A stretch of 64,000 nt of DNA from an uncultured Candidatus Saccharibacteria bacterium (GTDB lineage Bacteria > Patescibacteriota > Saccharimonadia > Saccharimonadales > JAGQNJ01): positions 111,873 through 175,872 of the forward strand of contig CAZPVO010000001.1 of NCBI GenBank assembly GCA_964590205.1, read 5' to 3'. This document shows, piece by piece, positions 34,417 to 41,288 of the stretch (the stretch's first letter is position 1; each line of letters opens with the position of its first letter). Below the pieces are notes generated by a model. It had not been told where the DNA came from, did no database searches, and saw nothing but the letters and a program-made list of their open reading frames with translations. The translations under genes were made by a program, and so were the position numbers.

Positions 34417-35061
34417 ATGAAAATATATATTATTGCACTGTTTCCTGAAATGTTTCAGGGTGTGTTGAATGCCAGCATGTTGCATAAGGCCCAGGAAATT
34501 GGTGCGGTGCAGTTCCAGTATATAAATTTACGGGATTTTGGTATTGGCCCCAGAAAACAAGTTGATGATATTCCCTACGGCGGCGGTGACGGCATGGTGC
34601 TACGGCCAGAACCTGTAGTAGCTGCTATCGAGCATGCTAAAAAGCAATCACCAAAGGCGAAAGTTATTCTGCCAACCCCCCGTGGCAAGCTATATAAGCA
34701 GTCAGATGCTAAAAAACTAGCTGCAGACAGTCAGGATTTGATTTTTGTTTGCGCACGCTACGAAGGCTACGACGAACGCATTATAAATTGGGTCGATGAG
34801 CAATTCTGCGTCGGCAATTATGTTCTGACTGGCGGTGAATTGCCAGCCATCACAATTATCGATTCAGTTATTCGATTACTACCCGGTGTTCTTGGTGGCG
34901 AAACCAGTGCTGAGCTAGAATCATTCCAAGACGACGATAAAACCATCGAGCATCCACACTACACACGCCCAGAAGAGTTCCAGGGCATGAAAGTCCCAGA
35001 TGTTCTGTTGAGCGGGCACCACAAAAACATCGAAGACTGGCGCGAGCAGAAAAAGGTCTAA
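34417..35061 (+). CDS. trmD: tRNA (guanine37-N1)-methyltransferase
   Basis: 'YGGGDGMVLRPEP', 'CARYEGYDERI', 'VLTGGELPA'. Confidence 0.95.
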   Translation: MKIYIIALFPEMFQGVLNASMLHKAQEIGAVQFQYINLRDFGIGPRKQVDDIPYGGGDGMVLRPEPVVAAIEHAKKQSPKAKVILPTPRGKLYKQSDAKKLAADSQDLIFVCARYEGYDERIINWVDEQFCVGNYVLTGGELPAITIIDSVIRLLPGVLGGETSAELESFQDDDKTIEHPHYTRPEEFQGMKVPDVLLSGHHKNIEDWREQKKV

Positions 35062-35069
35062 AATCAGCA

Positions 35070-35108
35070 AACCGCCCCGAGATACTCCCTAATGATCTCT
35101 AGGCGGTT
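35070..35108. terminator. long imperfect hairpin between trmD and a convergent small ORF
   Basis: AACCGCC/GGCGGTT plus inner GAGAT/ATCTC. The only U-run (TGCTGATTTT) is on the minus strand. Confidence 0.35.
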
Positions 35109-35135
35109 GCAACGCTTGATCAAGCAAGCGACGTA

Positions 35136-35158
35136 TTGGCAGATTAGAGTTCTGCCAA
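35136..35158. other. perfect 8-bp stem-loop TTGGCAGA-ttagagt-TCTGCCAA
   Basis: Seen directly. No adjacent U-tract on either strand. Confidence 0.4.
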
Positions 35159-35211
35159 CAAGTCGCATGTCTGTGTGTTAAAGCCGCGATACTAGTTTTG
35201 CGCGCAGGTGA

Positions 35212-35343
35212 CTATGGTGGATCGTCCACAAAATCTATCTCGCTCTCAAGGCTTCTTTTTCGCATCACGAGCTTCAGCATGTACTTTCGCTCTAATCTCT
35301 GACGCAGTTTTCGTGACTCGTGCTGAACTGTGATGGTTTGCAT
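35212..35343 (-). CDS. candidate small basic protein (43 aa) MQTITVQHESRKLRQRLERKYMLKLVMRKRSLESEIDFVDDPP
   Basis: Strong Shine-Dalgarno (AAGGGAG, 6-nt spacer, ATG). Not in the ORF track because it is under 60 aa. No family recognised. Confidence 0.4.
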   Translation of the reverse strand: MQTITVQHESRKLRQRLERKYMLKLVMRKRSLESEIDFVDDPP

Positions 35344-35542
35344 TTCTTACTCCCTTATATCCCCTATGTCCCATTATTTGGAGTGAGCGGGAGCAGAGTA
35401 AACCCCCGCAGCTCCAACAGGGTATGGCTTTTCGCCGAGTTGTATTGTTGGATCTATTTGCCGCGAGTAGATCAGCTTCCTAGCTTATGCATGATCATTA
35501 CTCGCAGTTTTCGATCATGAGACTATCGTACATAAACTTTTC

Positions 35543-35599
35543 ATAACCGTCTGTTATGCTCGTTACCATTCATGTGTTGAAGTACTAACGGTCTGTTAT
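35543..35599. promoter_or_regulatory. two copies of a TAAC-N5-GTTA palindromic motif (candidate operators)
   Basis: ATAACCGTCTGTTAT (35543-35557) and TAACGGTCTGTTAT (35586-35599) differ at 1 position. Their centres are ~42 bp apart. Confidence 0.35.
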
Positions 35600-35629
35600 A
35601 CCGAAGCACTACACAAAAAATGTTAGATA

Positions 35630-35638
35630 TGTTACACT
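35630..35638 (+). promoter_or_regulatory. extended -10 (TGtTACACT) 6 nt upstream of GTG 35645
   Basis: Read directly from the sequence. Confidence 0.4.
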
Positions 35639-35643
35639 TTTCT

Positions 35644-35659
35644 TGTGAAAAGTCTCACT
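35644..35659. promoter_or_regulatory. CRP-type palindrome TGTGA-N6-TCACt overlapping the start codon of the Crp/Fnr gene
   Basis: tTGTGAaaagtcTCACt matches 9 of 10 positions of the TGTGA-N6-TCACA consensus. Confidence 0.4.
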
Positions 35660-36292
35660 TTGGAGTTAATTCGAGAACTGTTCCCGAAAGCCGGGCTACG
35701 TCCATATGGCAAAAACCAAATCATTTGCTATCAAGGTGATAAGCCGCAATATGCTTTTTTTGTTGCCAAAGGTCATATCAAGTATTACGACATCGACGAC
35801 AACGGCAACGAGAAAATCTTACATATAATTGGACCAAATAATATCTTCCCGATGCTATACGCATATGAAGTGACCTCTGAAATTAGCGCATTTTATGCTT
35901 CTCTTGATAGCGTGGAGTTAATTGCGATTCCAATGGCTGATTTCCAAAAAACAGTGACCAATAATATTGATTTCAGTAATGCGTTAACAAAGTGGTTCTT
36001 GACTGAGATAGAGCAGTTAACCCTGCGCATTAACAGTTTTGAGAAAACAGGTTCAAAGGGCAAAATTATGTATGCACTTAAATATCTGGCGCAGAATTAT
36101 GGACACGATGAAGGTGACCGTGAGCGGTTGAATTTTGCTGCAACTCAGCAATTTTTGGCTGATTTTACAGGACTTACTCGAGAAACTGTCAGTATGACGA
36201 TGAATGATCTCGAAAAAGACGGTGTGATCAGTAATGGTAAAGGTCGTACGATCGCCGTCAAAAAAGCAGAACTTGCCAAAATAACAGTGTGA
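35645..36292 (+). CDS. Crp/Fnr family transcriptional regulator
   Basis: cNMP-binding-like beta-barrel ('YQGDKPQYAFFVAKGHIKYY') and a C-terminal HTH ('QQFLADFTGLTRETVSMTMNDLEKDGVI'). Confidence 0.8.
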   Translation: MKSLTLELIRELFPKAGLRPYGKNQIICYQGDKPQYAFFVAKGHIKYYDIDDNGNEKILHIIGPNNIFPMLYAYEVTSEISAFYASLDSVELIAIPMADFQKTVTNNIDFSNALTKWFLTEIEQLTLRINSFEKTGSKGKIMYALKYLAQNYGHDEGDRERLNFAATQQFLADFTGLTRETVSMTMNDLEKDGVISNGKGRTIAVKKAELAKITV

Positions 36293-36321
36293 ATTAAATA
36301 GACTTTTAGTCATTAATATTG

Positions 36322-36327
36322 TAGAGT
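36322..36327 (+). promoter_or_regulatory. -10 TAGAGT 7 nt upstream of ATG 36335
   Basis: Sequence reads ttgTAGAGTagttgaaATG. Confidence 0.35.
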
Positions 36328-36334
36328 AGTTGAA

Positions 36335-37444
36335 ATGTCGTATAACGGTGTAAATGGCAACGGTGTTAGTCCCGAGGCTGTCACTTTTCATACTCAAGGA
36401 AGTGAATTTTCTTGGCATGCGTATGCTGCTAGAGAGTTTGCCCGCCAAAATAGTATGCAACCAAGACCGAGAGTGGGTATTGCTCCGCATGATGAGTTTG
36501 GCGATGTTATACACGCTTGTCGTACAAGCGAAAGAGATCTCGGCATTATGGCAATAAGGACCGCCGTGGGTACTGTTGAAAAAGCTGCCGGTAAAATCAT
36601 TACAGAAGGGGAAGCGGCACTTCCACCAATTGTGGGGAGGATTGACATCAATGTTCGTTTAGCACTTGTTGGGACGGAAGATCATGACTACGACGCCATG
36701 CGTGAGAAGCGGGGTAAGGGCATTAAAGTACTTTCACAAAAGCCGGCGTGGTTACAGTGTGCTAAACGTGCCAGAGAACTCCTGCCACTTATTAGTGCTG
36801 CTGATAATTTCAGAAACGAGTCCACTGTAGCAATTGAAGAAGTTCTGGAACGCAATCAGCCAAATCTTATAGGTCTTGGCCCGGCTTACTCTGTTCATAA
36901 AATGGGTGGAGTTATTTTAGGGCCACGACGAATTAACGAGAGGAACAGCGTAACGAGCTTCTATATTATGCAACGCGATGGTGATAACCTTGTTTTTCCA
37001 CAAGATCCAAGAGAAAGACAGGAGGCAGATACTCCTGAAGATCCAAAAGAAAAACAAAAAACAGATGTTCGCACCGTACTTTCTTTGGCAGTTCCAGATA
37101 CTGAAGGTGACTTTAGACGATGTATGCAGTGGGCTGAGGACGCTGGATTACAGATAACGAGGTATATTCCCTTCAATGTTGATAAGCAAAACCGAAGAAG
37201 CCATCGAATTAAACATAATGGTGGGATACTTGAAGTTGCACATGGCTTTTTTGATATTCCATTAACAGAATTTCGGGCTCGCGTGCAACATATGAACTCA
37301 CGAGCTGAAACTAAGCCAGATTTTGTAACTCACCGACTTGGTAAGTATTGGTGGTACCCTGAGGAGCCAATTGATCCGCTCAACATCGATGGCACCGCAC
37401 ACTTGCCGGCACATACGGAAATACCTACCAAACCAGTCTTGTAA
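36335..37444 (+). CDS. divergent prephenate-dehydratase-like protein (PDT plus ACT-like domains)
   Basis: Collinear with PheA as recalled: 'PIVGR', 'SQKPAWLQC' (cf. SHPQALxQC), 'NERNSVTSFYIM' (cf. N-x5-TRF), and an ACT-like 'RTVLSLAVPDTEGDFRRCMQWAEDAGLQITRY'. Confidence 0.45.
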   Translation: MSYNGVNGNGVSPEAVTFHTQGSEFSWHAYAAREFARQNSMQPRPRVGIAPHDEFGDVIHACRTSERDLGIMAIRTAVGTVEKAAGKIITEGEAALPPIVGRIDINVRLALVGTEDHDYDAMREKRGKGIKVLSQKPAWLQCAKRARELLPLISAADNFRNESTVAIEEVLERNQPNLIGLGPAYSVHKMGGVILGPRRINERNSVTSFYIMQRDGDNLVFPQDPRERQEADTPEDPKEKQKTDVRTVLSLAVPDTEGDFRRCMQWAEDAGLQITRYIPFNVDKQNRRSHRIKHNGGILEVAHGFFDIPLTEFRARVQHMNSRAETKPDFVTHRLGKYWWYPEEPIDPLNIDGTAHLPAHTEIPTKPVL

Positions 37445-37447
37445 TTG

Positions 37448-37834
37448 TTATTCGGCTGAGCTGATTATTTTTTTAAGGTCGCTGGGCAGGATGTCGGCTT
37501 TCACCACATAGCCGTCGGCGCCGAGTTCGAAAGCATTATCAGCCAATCCTTTTTGAGCCAGGTTAGTAAGCATTAAAATTCGAGTTTGCTGGCAATTATA
37601 TACGGGATTTGTGCGGAGTTCTTTTAAAATATCGAGCCCTGACTCACCTGGCAACATAATATCGAGTAAGACAACATCTGGCGTATATTTTTTGAGGACT
37701 TCGTAAGCTTGATGGCTATCACTGGCAATTTCTACATGGAAACCGTCTCGCACCAATGTTGTGCGGTATAACTCTAAAATCATGACATCATCTTCAACGA
37801 TGAGAACGTTTTGTAATCCAGCCATGGCTACCAA
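37448..37834 (-). CDS. single-domain response regulator (receiver only)
   Basis: 'VLIVEDD', 'DVVLLDIMLPG', 'MLTN...KA'. No output domain. Confidence 0.85.
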   Translation of the reverse strand: MVAMAGLQNVLIVEDDVMILELYRTTLVRDGFHVEIASDSHQAYEVLKKYTPDVVLLDIMLPGESGLDILKELRTNPVYNCQQTRILMLTNLAQKGLADNAFELGADGYVVKADILPSDLKKIISSAE

Positions 37835-40064
37835 CTAACTCCTTTCCGCTATTGTTAGATTGTGCTAATTTTTCACTGTAGAGCGGCAATGTGAAGTAAA
37901 AAATTGAGCCTTTGTGAACATGACTCACCACTCCAATTTTACCACCGTGCGCTTCAATAATGGTTCTGGCGATAAATAAACCTAAACCGGTTCCGCGATT
38001 TCCTGAAGTTAAAGTATGTTCAACACGATAGAACTTTGTAAATAAATGGTCTTGAGCAGCTTCTGGAATACCCGGGCCATTATCATGAACTTCGAGACGC
38101 ACATGTTCTTTATCATGAACTATCTTGACGTTCACGTGTCCGTTCGCTTGCGTATACTTTAGGGCATTGCTAACAAGATTATTGATAACTTCAGAGATAG
38201 TTGAGACGTCACCATAAATATAGACAGGTTCATCAGAGCCAACATATACAAGTTTTTGGTCTTTTAGTCGGGCGGTAACTTGCTGCTGTAGAATAACTTG
38301 CTTGATAAGCTCTACAATATTTGTTTTGGTTGGCACAATATGAAACGCGCCACGTTCAATTCGTGATACGTTGAGCAGGTTATTGATGATGTTGCTCAGC
38401 TGCTCAGCGCCAATGACAGCGTGTTGCAAATTCTCGATATTAAGAACTGACAACTGGTTAATTGCATCGCTATTTATAAGGTTCAAGTAGCCACGAACAA
38501 CAGTCAGCGGCGTGCGAAGTTCATGGGCAGCGATAGTGACGAAGTCGAGCTTCATCATCTCCAGCTCGCGGCTTGGTGTTAAGTCGTGCAATGTAATAAT
38601 GGCACTTAGACTGCTGTTACTTGGCTCAACAACGGCCATCGACAAATCAACATAAGAGTGTTTGTCGTCGGCTGCCAAAATTAAGTCATGATACAAGAAC
38701 ATGCCAGGCTTGCTGAAGTTGAGTTCAAACGGTTCGTTATCACGTGTAAACGAAAACAGCTTGTTAAAAGATTGGCCAATCAATTTTTTCTCGGTTTTGT
38801 TGAGCAGTTTCGCAGCAGGCGGGTTAATGTTTACGATCATACCAGCGGTATCGAGTGCAACCACGCCGTCGCTCACACTTTGAATGATGCTTGATAATTT
38901 ACCTTCTTGCGCGGCGAGCGTGAGGTTCTTGGCTTGTAAATCATGAACAAGTTCACTCAGGTTATGGCCCATACTATTAAAGGTACTCGCTAAATCGCCC
39001 AGTTCGTCTTGGCTGGTAACAGGAATCATGTAGTTAAAATCGCCGGCGCCAATTTTGTGCGCACCTGCCGATAAGTTTCGTATCGGGTTGAGCAGCTGTC
39101 GGCGAAAAAGTAAGCTTAGCCCAATAACGGCTGAGGCTATAACTATAAAGGCGAACACTGCATAGCGGGTAAATGTGTTAGTAGCTGCGAAAATACTGGC
39201 TGTCGGTTCTTCGACAATAACAGACCAATTTGTTCGCGAAACAGGCGCAAAATTGCTGATAACTGGCACACCCGTTTCGGAAGGCGCTTCGTGCATATCA
39301 TGTTCATTGCTGAGGGCGTGTTTTACTTGGTGTACGTTTGCAATATTTTGGTGTGTTGCCATGAACTTACTATCTGGGTGAGCAATTAAATTGCCCTTGT
39401 CATCAACAAGATATGCATAGCCACCATGACCAATTTGTGTAGACAGCACTGACTGCCACAAATTATCCAGATCGTAGTTGGCAATGAGTACGCCCTGAAT
39501 GTCATCGGCTGTACGATATTGTCCAAAATCGGCAGTTGATAAGTGCGAAAGATCTTGCTGTTCAGTAAAACGGATTAAAGGAACAGCGATGACAACCCTT
39601 GGTTTACCATCCTTGTCATAGGTAACAGGTCCAATGTATTCCTTTCCAGCCAGAAAAGTCGATGCTTTGAATGCGTCGTTGGTACTCAAGTCGCTATGTT
39701 CAGGTAGCACACCATTCCGATCGACTGATACAAATTCTTTGCCACTTTTATCGACTAAGGTAATTTTTTCCATATCGCGGTCCTGCTTAATAGCAGTGGC
39801 TAGGTTTAAAGCTGCTTCGTTTGCCTGGAATTTACGTATTGAAGAAGTTTGGGACTGGAAAATCAACACGTTAACTTTAGAACCCAAAAAGTTATCAACT
39901 TCACCGGCTGATTTTTGGGCAACTAATAATTGTTGGCTTACAGCGTCGCTTTCCAGTTTATTCTGACCAAAGCGCACCAAAAATATAATAGCTATCAATA
40001 AGGGGATCAGGGAAACGCCAATAAAAAGCAATAACACCCTCTGCCCAATTCTGAATTTGGCCAT
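37794..40064 (-). CDS. sensor histidine kinase (Cache-like periplasmic domain, HAMP, PAS, HisKA, HATPase)
   Basis: H-box 'AAHELRTPLTVV', N-box 'NLVSNALKY', 'HDNGPGIP', 'GTGLGL'. ATG 40064 is preferred to TTG 40100. The 3' end overlaps the response-regulator start by 41 nt. Confidence 0.9.
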   Translation of the reverse strand: MAKFRIGQRVLLLFIGVSLIPLLIAIIFLVRFGQNKLESDAVSQQLLVAQKSAGEVDNFLGSKVNVLIFQSQTSSIRKFQANEAALNLATAIKQDRDMEKITLVDKSGKEFVSVDRNGVLPEHSDLSTNDAFKASTFLAGKEYIGPVTYDKDGKPRVVIAVPLIRFTEQQDLSHLSTADFGQYRTADDIQGVLIANYDLDNLWQSVLSTQIGHGGYAYLVDDKGNLIAHPDSKFMATHQNIANVHQVKHALSNEHDMHEAPSETGVPVISNFAPVSRTNWSVIVEEPTASIFAATNTFTRYAVFAFIVIASAVIGLSLLFRRQLLNPIRNLSAGAHKIGAGDFNYMIPVTSQDELGDLASTFNSMGHNLSELVHDLQAKNLTLAAQEGKLSSIIQSVSDGVVALDTAGMIVNINPPAAKLLNKTEKKLIGQSFNKLFSFTRDNEPFELNFSKPGMFLYHDLILAADDKHSYVDLSMAVVEPSNSSLSAIITLHDLTPSRELEMMKLDFVTIAAHELRTPLTVVRGYLNLINSDAINQLSVLNIENLQHAVIGAEQLSNIINNLLNVSRIERGAFHIVPTKTNIVELIKQVILQQQVTARLKDQKLVYVGSDEPVYIYGDVSTISEVINNLVSNALKYTQANGHVNVKIVHDKEHVRLEVHDNGPGIPEAAQDHLFTKFYRVEHTLTSGNRGTGLGLFIARTIIEAHGGKIGVVSHVHKGSIFYFTLPLYSEKLAQSNNSGKELVGSHGWITKRSHR

Positions 40065-40102
40065 AATACTTATGTTATTACGAAGTGGCTCCCCCGACAA
40101 CG

Positions 40103-40131
40103 TTGACAGCGTGCACTTATATGGTTATGGT
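40103..40131 (+). promoter_or_regulatory. TTGACA-N17-TATGGT promoter 6 nt upstream of ATG 40138
   Basis: -35 at 40103-40108, -10 at 40126-40131. Confidence 0.55.
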
Positions 40132-40137
40132 TAAACT

Positions 40138-40761
40138 ATGCCTCCATCAAATGATATGCCACCAGTAAATGACATAAGTCCGTTGACCCCTGAAACGGTG
40201 CCAACCCAAACACCTGATACTCCAACTATTCCATCAGCATCGCAAGTCAATCAGCCGAAAAGTGGCAAAGGCAAATTTATACTTTTGGTTATTGTTGGCC
40301 TACTTGTGCTAGGCGGCGCTATGTACGGCGCATATTACATGGGTACAAAAAAGCAGAAAGTTACCACCCAGACAATGAATGCTTCCAGTGCAACTACCAT
40401 TATGGTGCCAAAAGAGGCAACTGTTACAGCTGAGTGTACAGATAATCGTGGTAAGCAATACATTGTGCCAAAAGATATCCCTGATGGCCCAATTTACGAT
40501 GTAAATAATGGCAAAGTAGTGGCTGTAGAATACTTGGTTGATACTAATGCAGTGATACAAACACCTGATAAGTTTATGAATCTCACACTTAATGGCGGCA
40601 CCTTTGACCATCTCACGGTTATGCCAATGGACGCTCACGCAGGTGTGAACGAAAAACATGTACACGTCATTGCCTATACAATTTCTGCTGACGAAGCAGC
40701 AAAAATTACCTGTTCAAGCTCAAATTCGGATATGAACATGACAACAACTCATAGCCACTAA
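40138..40761 (+). CDS. membrane-anchored extracytoplasmic protein with a His-rich C-terminal region
   Basis: Pro/Thr-rich N-terminus, one TM helix, and 'MPMDAHAGVNEKHVHVIAY...THSH'. Confidence 0.6.
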   Translation: MPPSNDMPPVNDISPLTPETVPTQTPDTPTIPSASQVNQPKSGKGKFILLVIVGLLVLGGAMYGAYYMGTKKQKVTTQTMNASSATTIMVPKEATVTAECTDNRGKQYIVPKDIPDGPIYDVNNGKVVAVEYLVDTNAVIQTPDKFMNLTLNGGTFDHLTVMPMDAHAGVNEKHVHVIAYTISADEAAKITCSSSNSDMNMTTTHSH

Positions 40762-40798
40762 ATTTGCCCATGCTAGACTATAAGGGCAGGAGGGTATT

Positions 40799-41278
40799 AT
40801 GAAAAAATTGGCAATAAATTTATGGTTTGATGATCAGGCAGAAGAAGCTGCTAAATTTTATACAGAAGTTTTTAAAGACTCTAAGATGGGTAAGTCAGTG
40901 CCCTATACTGCAGAGAGCCCATCAAACAAGCCTGTTGGGAGTGTTTTGACAGTAGACTTTGAGTTAAATGGGTTGCCATTTATTGCGCTTAACGGCGGAC
41001 CAATGTTCAAGTTTAATGAATCAATCTCGATTGTGATTAATTGTGACTCTAACGAGGAGGCAGATTATTACTGGGAAAAATTGTCTGCAGTACCGGAATC
41101 TGAGCAGTGCGGCTGGTTGAAAGATAAATATGGTGTGTCGTGGCAAGTTGTGCCGCCTGGACTCGAGGAAGCTCTCGGACAGTCAGACCCTAAAAAAGCC
41201 AAAGCGGCCATGGAAGAGTTATTAAAGCAACATAAACTTGATGTTGCCGCCATTCAAAAAGCTGCCGACGAAGCCTAG
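40799..41278 (+). CDS. VOC-superfamily protein (PhnB / 3-demethylubiquinone-9 3-methyltransferase-domain type)
   Basis: 'INLWFDDQAEEAAKFY...GWLKDKYGVSWQVVP'. AGGAGG Shine-Dalgarno. Confidence 0.6.
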   Translation: MKKLAINLWFDDQAEEAAKFYTEVFKDSKMGKSVPYTAESPSNKPVGSVLTVDFELNGLPFIALNGGPMFKFNESISIVINCDSNEEADYYWEKLSAVPESEQCGWLKDKYGVSWQVVPPGLEEALGQSDPKKAKAAMEELLKQHKLDVAAIQKAADEA

Positions 41279-41288
41279 TTATTTCTAG

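Noticed and set aside
35320-35520. 66-aa plus-strand ORF in the trmD-crp gap.
   Set aside because: No promoter or Shine-Dalgarno geometry, Cys/Pro/Leu-rich composition, and it overlaps the well-signalled minus-strand small ORF's ribosome-binding site. I also looked here for rplS or rimM remnants and saw none.
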